Below, piece after piece: positions 31,272 through 42,200 of a DNA stretch of 64,000 nt (positions are counted from its first letter, which is position 1; every line of letters begins with the position of its first letter). Location of the stretch: IMG/VR virus record IMGVR_UViG_3300021400_004213. One strand, given 5' to 3'. The notes below the pieces were generated by a model, which worked only from the letters and a program-made list of their open reading frames with translations, did not search any database and had not been told where the DNA came from. Made by a program: the position numbers and the translations under genes. Source of the stretch: an uncultured virus (IMG/VR IMGVR_UViG_3300021400_004213). Taxonomy: Duplodnaviria > Heunggongvirae > Uroviricota > Caudoviricetes.

Positions 31272-31926
31272 AATAATAAAAGAAGCACTCTAAAGTGATG
31301 GCAGGTGATAGCGCGCATCCAAGAGTGCTTCTTCTTTTTTTATTTCATAAAACAAAACTTCATATTATAACAAAATATAACAAAGTTTTAATATGGCACA
31401 CCCCCAAAAAACGTGGGTGTGCCTCCTTTTTATAACAATGTGCGATGACTAAACCTTCGTTATGTCATCGCCTGGAAATTGCACTCTGCTGTTGCAGATT
31501 GTTGCAATTTCACAACCTATCTATAAAAGAATATGGCATATCCTAACTCCGATGGATATGCCTTGAAAATGTGGCGTGGCACTTCAAAATGCCCACGCCC
31601 CCATATATGCTGTACCATTTTTGCGAAGCAACTATCTCAAAAATAGCACCTGTCACTTTTTTGTTTTAACAGGTGCGTCAGGGAGGAGCGCTTTTTTGCG
31701 CTCCCCCAAAATTTCTGCTGTCAAGAACTGAGGTCCTCGGGCATCCCTTGGCGCAGCCCTCGGTATCGTTTCTGTTTGGGCATTTCTTATATACAGCCTT
31801 CAATAATTAAGAACATGTCCACCTATAGCAGGTGGACTCATTATTTCATGCTGTGGGTAGCGGGGTCGTTTTACGCACCAATGGTGGTGCTATTTCTCGC
31901 ATCCCGCGAAAGGAGATTTTGTTGTT

Positions 31927-32529
31927 ATGATCATGGATATTCTCAATCTGCCTACTGTTCACACTGTAGCTTTCACAGGTCGCAGACCGAAAGACCTTCT
32001 CGGTTATAAGGCTGAGCCTTACGAAAAGGCCATTTCGGCAACCGAAATCGTCCTTAACGCTCTCTGGCTGCGAGGTGCGTCCCGTTTCGTCTCTGGCGGA
32101 GCACAAGGATTTGATCAGATTGCATTTCATGCAGTCCATCATCTGAAATCTTATCATCCTGAGATTCAGAACATCCTTGACGTACCTTGCTCCACCCAGG
32201 CCGACCGCTGGGCTGAAAAAGGCGTTTTCAGCCGCGAAGAGTACAACGCAATTGTGAATGCTGCTGACTCTGTCAACATCATTGATTCCACAATTACGGC
32301 ATCTTCTGATTCCAAAGAGGTTTCTCGTGCGATGCACATGAGAAACCATGCTATGGTTGATGCCTGCGATGTTCTCGTCGCTCTCGTTCCTGCTGGCGAG
32401 GAACTTACCCACGGTGGGACCTTTGCGACCATCCAGTACGCAAAATCCCAGAAAAAGACGATCATCTACCTGAAGTATCGTCTCTCTACTTCCGTTGATA
32501 TCGTTGATGTCGAGGTGGCCTCCTTATGA
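31927..32529 (+). CDS. SLOG-superfamily protein (YpsA/DUF1273-like)
   Basis: 'VAFTGRRP', 'SGGAQGFDQ', 'RNHAMVD' and 'GGT..TIQYA' motifs. Confidence 0.85.
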   Translation: MIMDILNLPTVHTVAFTGRRPKDLLGYKAEPYEKAISATEIVLNALWLRGASRFVSGGAQGFDQIAFHAVHHLKSYHPEIQNILDVPCSTQADRWAEKGVFSREEYNAIVNAADSVNIIDSTITASSDSKEVSRAMHMRNHAMVDACDVLVALVPAGEELTHGGTFATIQYAKSQKKTIIYLKYRLSTSVDIVDVEVASL

Positions 32530-32810
32530 GGTCACCTCTTTTTTTTCTGTGATAAAAACTAAAACAAAAGTAAAACAAAAAGAAATGCCCAACGCAACAA
32601 TCTATCTCAGTTCCAACTTTCGCCCGTATTCAAGAACACACCTATTTTGACATGGTGTGTGCCGAACTTTCATTTCATTCTCTACCCCAAGATCGAGTAA
32701 AACAAAAAACACTCTCCGTTTTATCGGGGAGTGTTTCTTTTTTTCTTCGGCGAGCCATTTTAAACACATTAGGCTCGCCACGTCCTCGTCTATAGATATA
32801 TCCTTTCGCA

Positions 32811-32912
32811 ACTCATTTTCATCACTTTATGCCATTTCATAAGAGCGATGCTTCGCATCTAACGGGCGCATTTATGTCTTTATCAAATGCCATATTGTGA
32901 AAGGAGATTCAT
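32811..32912 (+). repeat. Conserved leader, motif B copy 1
   Basis: Near-duplicate of 33619-33722, ending at the RBS. Confidence 0.75.
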
Positions 32913-33539
32913 ATGACACCTGCAATGAAAATTCGTAAATATTCCAGACCCAATGTCTCTGATCAGGAACTTCGTGACAAAATTAATCATGGCGATTATG
33001 AATATCGTGTCTACGAAGAAAAACCCGCAGCTGACTTCTTCCTTGCACCGTTATTCGTAGAAACCATCCAGACACAGAAGTCATTCAACGAAGCAAAAAT
33101 TCGTGAAGACTATAACGTGCCTGATGATTATCGTGATTTCTATTGCTCGTATTCATATAACAAAACAGTTGAATGCTCCTTCAGAGGACATTGGGGCAAA
33201 AACATCACGTTGACGATTCCGATGGACATCTTCGAAGCCACCTACATCATCTATACCGACAAACCTGTATTTGTCGTTAAAACAGAGACCGTGTATACGT
33301 GGCTGAATGATCACACGGTATCCAAAATGATGCACGATGCATATCACACAGATAACGATATCTTTGCACCCATTACAGATGAGATTTGGGATATCCTGGA
33401 TAAGCACGAACATATTGGATACCTCAGAGATGAATATGCTCCTCAGGCTGGTGAGGAATGTATCTTCGCCTATGATGATGCACTGTATGGGCAAGATGAT
33501 TACAATTATGCTCTCCTTGAGGGTATGATGGCATACTGA
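32913..33539 (+). CDS. Hypothetical protein
   Basis: AAGGAG RBS, 208 aa, terminator downstream. Confidence 0.75.
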   Translation: MTPAMKIRKYSRPNVSDQELRDKINHGDYEYRVYEEKPAADFFLAPLFVETIQTQKSFNEAKIREDYNVPDDYRDFYCSYSYNKTVECSFRGHWGKNITLTIPMDIFEATYIIYTDKPVFVVKTETVYTWLNDHTVSKMMHDAYHTDNDIFAPITDEIWDILDKHEHIGYLRDEYAPQAGEECIFAYDDALYGQDDYNYALLEGMMAY

Positions 33540-33618
33540 TCCTTAAGGCTCACCGTCTTTTTGATGGTGGGCCTTTCGTTTCGAAAGAATATTACAACAA
33601 ATACGTTTATCCGTTTCC

Positions 33619-33722
33619 ACTCATTTTCATCCCACTACACCATTTCATAAGAACGATGCTTCGCATCTGACGGGTGTATTGATGTCATCATCAAATGTCA
33701 TCTCATGAAAGGAGATATAACA
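33619..33722 (+). repeat. Conserved leader, motif B copy 2
   Basis: Near-duplicate of 32811-32912. Confidence 0.75.
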
Positions 33723-33956
33723 ATGAAAATCGTTGCAACTTGCCCTCTCTGTGGAGAAACTCACTACCTCGACCTTATCGATGATGAGTTCGAACTGTTC
33801 AAACTCTACGAGGCTGGCTTCGGCCATATCCAGGATATGCTTCCGATGCTCAACCCTACCGAGCGCGAGTTTCTCATGACTGGCTATTGTCCCAATTGCC
33901 AGAAAATGCTCTTCGGTGTGGATACCACAACCGACTGCATCCATCCAGACGAATAA
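33723..33956 (+). CDS. Small Zn-binding phage-type protein
   Basis: CPLCG...ERE.L.TG.CPNCQ..LFG pattern. Confidence 0.75.
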   Translation: MKIVATCPLCGETHYLDLIDDEFELFKLYEAGFGHIQDMLPMLNPTEREFLMTGYCPNCQKMLFGVDTTTDCIHPDE

Positions 33957-36411
33957 CAAACGCTTCAGGCTCATCGGTGTTACCGAGTGAGCCATTTTTT
34001 TCTAAACATACATACGACCCATTCTAAAGCAGAGTGGGGTCGTACTTTTAATGATATAACAAAAATCATCTCTCCCCGAAATCTCGGTTCGACATCAATC
34101 TGTCGATTCCTTCACTTCGTTCAAATTCGTATCTTCACTAACTTAATCACTTCACTCATTCACCGACATCTTATTTCTTCTAAAAGTGCAAAATCTGTAA
34201 CTTCCTGTTTTTCCATTTCTTTGCAGGTCCTCACTGATCTACCTGCTACGAAATTACAAAACAACATCGTCTCCTCACCCCCGACGACACGCCTTTTTGA
34301 ACCACTAACACGGGCGTCAGATTTTGCTTAAAAAGAGGAAAAAAGACCACCTCAGACCAAAATAAATGAGTAGTAAATTGGACTTAAAATGGACATAAAA
34401 TAAACGATTTAAGTCCATTTAATTATCGTTTTATGGACTTAAAATGGCCAAACAAAGTCCATTTTACTATTCAAAAACGGTCGATTTATGTCCATAAAAC
34501 TACTCAAAAACTCGGTCTGAAAACAAAGTTTCGAGGGGCATCTGACGATGCTTTCGGGTGTCATTATGAAATAGGTACGGCAAACGCTGCACAAAGTACG
34601 GGTCATATGGAGGCTGATTCGCTCCCTTCTAGGCTTAGGAAAACGCAACGGACCGAATAATACCAAAGTTCGCTAAAATTAAAAATTTCAAAAATTCCAT
34701 TTTTCATTTTCCTCCTTTCCTCCCTCTACTTGAAAGAGTTCTGTGATTACTCCTCATCACAGTGCTCTTTCTTTTTTTTCTTATAAAACAAAACACAACA
34801 ACTTTTTCTTTTTTAGTATTTTTGTTTTTAGCTGAAGCTAAAAACGCCCCAGTTTCAAAACCTGGGGACTGCCCACCCTCCATCCCCCAAATCTTACTCC
34901 GTTTCGTAACAATAAAAACCGCTCTTAACAACATCGCGGAATAACAAAAAATACAAGTGTCGGTGTGATACTTTTATGTCGAAATTGCGTGGCCGTCTCG
35001 CAAAACACTTTGGAATTTCTAACAGAAATACAAAAATTGCGAAATCTCCTATTTCTTCGAAATCAGCCTACGTCAGAGTTTCTCGAAATCATCCATTTCG
35101 CAATTTTTCATGGATCAACTTTAAACGGACAAGCCACGTCCACCAGCAATTAATTCTTCATTTCGTGTGCTTCGCCACGACATGATAACACGACAAAAAG
35201 CACACACCTCTAAATCACGCAGCAACATAAAGTTACTGCATCTCGATGTTCCCACATCGAAATGCTAATGTCTGTCTTTTGGGAGCTTCCAAAGAGCCAA
35301 ACATGCGTTACGGAGAATCGCACCATTTGCGTCGAAACGCTAAATTCGGTGCGATAAAAAACATCCCGAGTTGTTCGTTTCGTTAATCACTCATCGAACA
35401 AAAATGTAACTAAAGTTACTGCGGGATGTAAAACAAAAAAAGGCCAAAAACACGATGCACACGTTACACAGGTGCATCTTAATTTTTGTCCGAAAAAAGT
35501 GGGCCTTAACACCCAGAATAGCTTGCCAAAACGTCCATAAATGGACGTTGTGACAACCTGCGTCATCCATGCCCCTTGCATGGTGACGAGTGGGTGAGTC
35601 CCACACTCACTCAAATGGCGTTTAGTGACAAGTTGTTACAACTCGTCACATAATTTTCCGCCATTTTCGTGTGGCACGTTCACATACTTTCAGTAAGTGT
35701 ACGAGCCAATCTCTCGTGAATTCCCTTGACGGGCCTTGCACGAGAGAAATAAAACAAAAAAGGGCATAAGGGGTCGTGACGCAGATTCGTTACACTCATC
35801 CGCGCCCAGCATAGCTGGTACGACCTTCGTAGCCCGTCACTAACGCTCCGTTCTACTCGCCTTTACGCCTACGGCTGCAAGGCCCTCACTGCGAAACGTA
35901 ACGTCACTTCATGACGCCCCGTTTCTTGCCCTTCGCATTCTGCTACGGGTGCCCAAACTGATCCGATTTCGTCGTCTCAGAAAAAAAGAAAAACACAAAA
36001 TACTGATATGTCATGTATGAACGCAATTACATAGCATCCGAATGTTTCAAACTTCGCCTAAACGCAACATAGTTGCATTGTGGCTTCAGAAAACAACATC
36101 CTTATGCAAAAGTAAACTACATTGCGTAAATACTATGATCCGAATATAACATTATCGACTCATATCATATCAGACGATGATTCATAAAATGACAAAACGA
36201 ATCTTTTGATAAAATTATGATGGATTAAAAAATCCATCAAACGATAAATTACCGCTACGCTATTTTGTTCCAAAATTAACTTATCGAGTATCTTCAAGAA
36301 TCGAAAGAAATCTGAATCATCTTATTTTGAGTTTTTCAATAAAACAAAAAGCCGATACAAAAGTATCAGCCCTTCTAACGAAGACATCATTTACTAACGC
36401 GCATGATGTTG

Positions 36412-36675
36412 GTGAGAAAACATAATGAGTGAGATAAAACAGTGAGGGAACATAATCTGCGATTATGGCGTGAGATTAAAAAGTAAAACTTTTTGAGTGA
36501 GACAAATGAGTGAGAAAACATACTGAGTGAGAATAAAACAGAAGTGTGAGGTAGTAAAACAAAACAGCGTGAGTAAAAAAGTGAGAAAAGCAGTGAGAAA
36601 AGAAATTGTCCAAAATCCAAAATTTCGTAAAAAACAATTCGCACCAAAATGAGCGAAACGACATATTTCAGTGAG
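36412..36675 (+). repeat. Cluster of 12 co-oriented GTGAG motifs
   Basis: Counted directly at 36412, 36429, 36442, 36470, 36497, 36510, 36527, 36546, 36569, 36581, 36593 and 36671. Confidence 0.7.
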
Positions 36676-36940
36676 AGTAAAATCGTTCCATTTATATCCC
36701 TTATTTGAGGATTTGTCACATCCGAAAACAGCTAGATTATACACCTGAAGATGCACCGACAGAAACGCACCGAAAAGCGGCGCGATCACCCCTCGAAAAC
36801 CCGTCGGGCCGACCGAAAATATCGAAAATAATTTCCGAAATGATTTCACGAAATATTTACCGAAATGATTTCCAAAAACATTTCTCAAAAATAGCAACAA
36901 AAAACCGCCCCATTTCTGGGACGGCCTTTTGATACGTCAA

Positions 36941-37789
36941 TCATTCATTTTCGTCATCGGAGTTACCATATCCATCATCACCGAAATGCTTTCTTTTCTC
37001 ATCGAGATAATTCTCGAATTGCTGCATTCCGCCGACTTTGAAAATCTTATCAAATAGCAAAACGCGATATTTATACATAAAGCATAATCCGATAAATGTT
37101 ATCACATAACCTGCAACAGCAACATAAATTGACCAATTTGCTGAGAACACATAAATCACGGCGCACGCATTAAATAGAATATGGAAAATCACACAATACC
37201 TGAATAAGCCAGTATATTCATAAATGATAGATATGAATAATGAGATCATCATGGCAACAGGCAAATGCATCAACGTACCGTGACTTAATGCAAACAATCC
37301 GCCCGAAACCACATATGCCACAGGGAAGGAAAACTTCTCTCGGCAAAGTCGGAAGATTCCGAAACGATACAGAAGTTCCTCTGCAAGCGGACCGACCGAA
37401 ATTGCCATAATGACATAAAACCAAACTTCCATTTCTGACATTTCCTTATATATCTCTGTAGCGCCAGCTGTCGGAGCAACTGTTGCAATATAATTGCCAA
37501 CGTACTCAGAGAACATATAAGCGCAGAAAAAGATCATCAAGAATGCGCCCCAGCCGAAAATCGAAAACTTCAATTTATGTGTCTCAAGGGTACGTGTCTT
37601 TCGATAAGAAAGACACCAATACCCAAGTAACAAGGATGCGATAACATCAAGAACAAGGCTTGAAACGATTGCACTCGGAATGAACAATGCACAGCATATG
37701 CCAAGTGCAAAATATCCCATAAAGAGAAGAATGGGGAGAAGCAATGAGCGAGCCCATGGCCTCTTGAAAAATGTCTTCAACTTAGTCAT
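36941..37789 (-). CDS. CPBP/Abi (CAAX-type) intramembrane metalloprotease
   Basis: 'PLAEELLYR', 'FALSH' and 'HILFN' motifs; multiple TM segments. Confidence 0.88.
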   Translation of the reverse strand: MTKLKTFFKRPWARSLLLPILLFMGYFALGICCALFIPSAIVSSLVLDVIASLLLGYWCLSYRKTRTLETHKLKFSIFGWGAFLMIFFCAYMFSEYVGNYIATVAPTAGATEIYKEMSEMEVWFYVIMAISVGPLAEELLYRFGIFRLCREKFSFPVAYVVSGGLFALSHGTLMHLPVAMMISLFISIIYEYTGLFRYCVIFHILFNACAVIYVFSANWSIYVAVAGYVITFIGLCFMYKYRVLLFDKIFKVGGMQQFENYLDEKRKHFGDDGYGNSDDENE

Positions 37790-37800
37790 AACGCACCCCC

Positions 37801-39744
37801 TCAACCCATGTCAATCACGTTATCGGAACTATCGCTATTCAACATCGTCATGACACTATCTTCACCACGCTGATCCATCTCAGACGGCAGACTTCCCATA
37901 AACTGTACAGTCCGATATCCGTTCCATTCATTGAGATTCAACTTACCACGAATCGAAATTAAATCAGGCATCAAATCCTTCTTAATCTCACCAGGGAAAT
38001 AATCCGCTTGATGGAAACAAATCAACACAAGACCATGCGGCAAAACGGCTTTAATGTGAGACTTCTCTTTACCCAAATAGGTCCAAATGGTATCACGAGG
38101 ATTGAACTCAAGTTCAATATCTGGCTCAGGGAAAGAAGCACCAAATGGACGATACGTATCAAGTTCCATAAGGAAGTCTTCGAACAACTCAACATCAATG
38201 TCTGTATCCGCATCTGGGTCAATCGTCGAAATCCTAAAATCAGGTTTCGCCTCAAGTGCAAGTCCACTATCGATAGCCTTCTGCTTACGAATCTTGATCT
38301 CAGTTGGAAGATATTCCTTCACAAACTCACAATCAAGATAACTATCAAACGTCACACCAAATGCGACTTCATGTCCTGCAGGGTGAATACCACCATGACC
38401 CAATTTCTTCTCACGCCATGTTGATACAATCTCCAAAAATGGGAACCAAGAAGGACACCTACCAGAGCCTACAAAGCCATCAATAATATTGCCGTCTTTG
38501 TCCCTTCTTGGACCAACAACAAATGCTGGTTCACCCGTTTGTGACAAGATACGCTGCGCCAACAAACCGCAAACACCTGGAATCACATTCGTGATATAAA
38601 TGTACGGTGCAAATGGCTGATCTGCGTCAGGAGCAAGCATAGCTTCCATCGTATCATTGACCAAAGACTTACGTTCTTCCGTCAACTCCAAGATATACTT
38701 CATCGCTTCAGCAGCTTCTTCAGGACCACCGAAGAACACACTATACGCAGAATCAATTGTCTTGCCCATTCTCTTCACAGAGTTAAAAGCAGGAGCAAGA
38801 TAATAACCGAAAAACTGCTCATCAATAGATTCCGAATCGGTAATCTTACCAGCTTCGCAGAATGCCTTCATAGCGACAAACAGTCCTGCAAAAGCACGAC
38901 GATAAATCTCGCAACCAGGCAACATATTCACGACTTCTGGTTCTCCATTGTCGTAAATCAAACGACAGATACCAATGGCATCCTTAATCAACGGACGATT
39001 CTCATACCACACAGGCATCGAATCGGAAACCGTACCGAAACCTGCGAACACACGAAGTCGCTCAATCTGTGTCACCATAAAGGTATCACAGTACAATTCT
39101 GCGTAACGATGAAGCACCAAATAGAGCACATGTGCACCACAAATGCCATCGAAATAACGGTCAGATTCTTCAAAATCATAAACCTCTTCCTCAGCATTAT
39201 TTGCTTCAGAAGAACCAACGGAATCAACCTTAACGGAATTCAAAGTCTGCCGCATAACATCACAAACTGGGTCCACAATAACACTTGCATTCGGCTCATT
39301 CACTTGACCATTGCTAATCATCGGATGATGGTGATCTGTCACCAACATTTCGACAGCATGGTTCATCGCATACGTGACACCATCAAATGCCGTAATGCCT
39401 ACGTCAGCAGTCACAATAGCCTTCGTATCAGGATACTGCTCATCACTCAAAAGGTGCTGAATATCCTTCTTACCGAAGCCATAAGCTTCTGTAGACGGCA
39501 GATAAAGAGCTACGTTGAATCCAAGTTCTGCAAGACCTGCATAACCCACAACGCCACTCATAATACCATCCATATCAAAATCAGTGAGGAGTGTAACACG
39601 ATTCTGCGCATCATGATGACGCTTCAGATGGGCACACATCTCATCGATATGTTCTGGTAAAGCATGATTACAAGACATAATCTTCTGAAAGAATTCATCC
39701 GTGTATCCACGGTTCTTCCACATCGTTTCAATCAATCTATTCAT
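37801..39744 (-). CDS. recJ: RecJ-like DHH ssDNA exonuclease
   Basis: DFDMDG, TADVG, TDHH, GTVSD, GSGR, GH..AFG and RPFG motifs; start MNRLIE overlaps the upstream stop. Confidence 0.85.
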   Translation of the reverse strand: MNRLIETMWKNRGYTDEFFQKIMSCNHALPEHIDEMCAHLKRHHDAQNRVTLLTDFDMDGIMSGVVGYAGLAELGFNVALYLPSTEAYGFGKKDIQHLLSDEQYPDTKAIVTADVGITAFDGVTYAMNHAVEMLVTDHHHPMISNGQVNEPNASVIVDPVCDVMRQTLNSVKVDSVGSSEANNAEEEVYDFEESDRYFDGICGAHVLYLVLHRYAELYCDTFMVTQIERLRVFAGFGTVSDSMPVWYENRPLIKDAIGICRLIYDNGEPEVVNMLPGCEIYRRAFAGLFVAMKAFCEAGKITDSESIDEQFFGYYLAPAFNSVKRMGKTIDSAYSVFFGGPEEAAEAMKYILELTEERKSLVNDTMEAMLAPDADQPFAPYIYITNVIPGVCGLLAQRILSQTGEPAFVVGPRRDKDGNIIDGFVGSGRCPSWFPFLEIVSTWREKKLGHGGIHPAGHEVAFGVTFDSYLDCEFVKEYLPTEIKIRKQKAIDSGLALEAKPDFRISTIDPDADTDIDVELFEDFLMELDTYRPFGASFPEPDIELEFNPRDTIWTYLGKEKSHIKAVLPHGLVLICFHQADYFPGEIKKDLMPDLISIRGKLNLNEWNGYRTVQFMGSLPSEMDQRGEDSVMTMLNSDSSDNVIDMG

Positions 39745-39947
39745 TTCTGTTCCCTCTCCTTTCTTAATCGAGAGACCCAAGACCTGACTGTCGCAGGTGC
39801 AACTCCATATAATTCAGCAAGTTCATAACATGTACTATTCTTATAACGCCAGATTAATTCATCTGGATCAGGTCGAGACGAAGCTGGACCTCGTTTCTTC
39901 TTGGGTATCTCAGGCGGAGTAGGCTGCTTTTTCCTAAAATTAGACAT
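39741..39947 (-). CDS. Small helix-turn-helix DNA-binding protein
   Basis: 'ELAELYGVAPATVRSWVSRLR'. AAGGAG RBS; promoter TTGCAA-17-TATACT upstream. Confidence 0.8.
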   Translation of the reverse strand: MSNFRKKQPTPPEIPKKKRGPASSRPDPDELIWRYKNSTCYELAELYGVAPATVRSWVSRLRKEREQK

Positions 39948-40059
39948 AAACCTAAACTCTCCTTTCATCCCAATTAGTATAACATAAACTGCAACAAATT
40001 GCAACACTCAAATCAAAAAAATTTCCTGATAAATGAAACATTTACCAGGAAACTAATTC

Positions 40060-41601
40060 TTAGCGTAAATCTGCACTGGACAAGTCCAAAACTAACGTAT
40101 CGTCCGTTGTACGATTATGCAAATCTTCCGCACGGATATTTTGATTCGACCATGCCTCATCAACATCCTCTGTATTTTGCGTCTCAACGATTGACAAATA
40201 TACCAATTCATCGCCTCTGACATACTGCCATAGCTCTTCAAGATTAGGTATAACAAAATTCACGGATGATGGGTCTGAACCGAGAAGCAGACCGTTAGAA
40301 AATACAAATACTCCGTCACGAGGGGAACTTCCAGAATAGATACCTGGCATCACAGACGACCACGCCGTATACGTTCCGAGTGAGATAGGAAATGTTGCGA
40401 TAACCGCATCATTATTATATACAGACAAATAGCCAGTCGATTTATTAATCTCCAAAGTCTTACCGATATTTAAGACAGACCCTGAATACAGCTCAGGAAC
40501 TGTCCCATCTGTAGACACCTGTTCGAAATCCGAAATGATCTTGTCTGCGACAATACCAGTCCATGAATCAAAAGCGAATGAAAACAAAGTTTCATTCACA
40601 GGACTTCCATGGAACGTCAAAACTGACATAGGTGGTACAGAAGCATGATCTGCAATAAACTGTTTGAGAGAAGTTCGATCCATAATAATATTATGTTCCT
40701 CATCAAGCGTCAAATACGATTTGATCTCACTCGGACCAAATGTATAGGAAAACGCTGGAGAAGAATAGGTGAGAGTAGTAGAACAAAGTGAGTTCCATTC
40801 ATCTGCACGACGCTGTATGGCTTCATCATACGCGACAAAATATGCATTTGTATAAAAGTCCGTATTCCTTAAGTCAAGCTCTCGACGTCCAGCCTTAATG
40901 GCTTCGATAATAAGTTCTCGACCCTTGGCTACATCTCTTCGGGTAGATGCTTGACCAGGAACATATTTGAGGAGTCCATCTGACGTCATTTCTAACGTGC
41001 CGACAGTACCATCGTGATCTTCTGGTACTTGATTAAAGGCTATACTAATTGCCAGCTTTGCCGACATATCGTCATAATTAGACGAAACGACACTTTCATA
41101 TTCATGCGTGTCATACATTTCAAATATCCATTTGAAACAATCTTGTTTCGACATATGAACACCAGGACGAGGCTCAATCGAAGTTGAAAACTTCAAATCA
41201 GACTGAGTGAGTACAATATCACCTTCACGAAGATGAACCAAAAGTTCATAACGCGAACTATCATCGCCTTTTAAAACCTGCGTTGCAGCACTCGTGGTTA
41301 AGCCTGAGACATCAATACCATTAATAGTAGAGTGAGGATAAAAATGAAACATATAATATACTGCACCAATACAATATGAAGCAGCTAAAAAGACAATCAA
41401 CACCAACAATACAACAGATGTTGTTCCAATTGCAAAACTATAAGCTCGTTCAGACCTATCATCGCTATACAGATCAAGATCATCATCGTCGTATTCATCG
41501 TCCTCATCTAAATCTTGATACACTGATAAGTCACCGAGTTTTGGTGTCTTCTTTTGAGAAGAATTATATGTTTCTGTGTGAGACGTATGTAATTTCTTCA
41601 T
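40060..41601 (-). CDS. Membrane-anchored peptidoglycan-binding (VanW/YkuD-associated PG_binding_4-like) protein
   Basis: N-terminal TM segment followed by 'HFYPHSTINGIDVSGLT..A'. The C-terminus is YkuD-like but no HxxC catalytic motif is visible. Confidence 0.55.
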   Translation of the reverse strand: MKKLHTSHTETYNSSQKKTPKLGDLSVYQDLDEDDEYDDDDLDLYSDDRSERAYSFAIGTTSVVLLVLIVFLAASYCIGAVYYMFHFYPHSTINGIDVSGLTTSAATQVLKGDDSSRYELLVHLREGDIVLTQSDLKFSTSIEPRPGVHMSKQDCFKWIFEMYDTHEYESVVSSNYDDMSAKLAISIAFNQVPEDHDGTVGTLEMTSDGLLKYVPGQASTRRDVAKGRELIIEAIKAGRRELDLRNTDFYTNAYFVAYDEAIQRRADEWNSLCSTTLTYSSPAFSYTFGPSEIKSYLTLDEEHNIIMDRTSLKQFIADHASVPPMSVLTFHGSPVNETLFSFAFDSWTGIVADKIISDFEQVSTDGTVPELYSGSVLNIGKTLEINKSTGYLSVYNNDAVIATFPISLGTYTAWSSVMPGIYSGSSPRDGVFVFSNGLLLGSDPSSVNFVIPNLEELWQYVRGDELVYLSIVETQNTEDVDEAWSNQNIRAEDLHNRTTDDTLVLDLSSADLR

Positions 41602-42200
41602 TAGAACTTCTGGCCTCCCATCGTTAAAATCAATTACATCACTAATAATATATCAAAAACCCTCATAAATCAAGAGAAAAAAACAAAGAAAGTGAGAACA
41701 ATCTTACACAAAATAAAGAAGTGAACCGAGAGAAGGTATGAATAAGACACACCCGTATGAAGTGAAGCAATTCACTTCCACATACTCATATGAGAAAAAC
41801 ACGTCGCTTGCTTCATAGCAGTGCGGCGTATTTTTTACTACGGTTCGAAACAACCATCACGGCCCAATGGACCGCTTCTTTAAGAATCCACAAGATTAAG
41901 ATACACATAATTATTCAATCAAAAAAGAGGTCCCAAAACGGTGGCAGATGTGACTTTGTCACACTGTCACACTTTTTTTCGAGACCCTTTATATAAAAAC
42001 GTAAATTGCACGAAAAATGATCGAAAAAATAAAATCGAAATATTTCACAAAATGATTTCTAAAAACATTTATACATAATTTCACGAAAATACACAAAGCA
42101 TTCCGTACTAATCTCGCATGAATTGACTTAAAAAAATGTGTGACAAATGTGACAAAATATAAAAATAAGTAATTTAACCGCTTAAATACTACATTTTCGA

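Noticed and set aside
35770..35830. GGGTCGTGAC start resembling a ZTP riboswitch P1
   Set aside because: Lacks the following TGGCG and the 3' CGCCTGGG pseudoknot partner, and has no downstream gene.
33987..36932. ORF-track entries in the 34-36.9 kb block
   Set aside because: Low-complexity translations of repeats with no RBS; treated as non-coding.
40060..40500. Active L,D-transpeptidase call
   Set aside because: No HxxxxxSxGC catalytic motif is visible.
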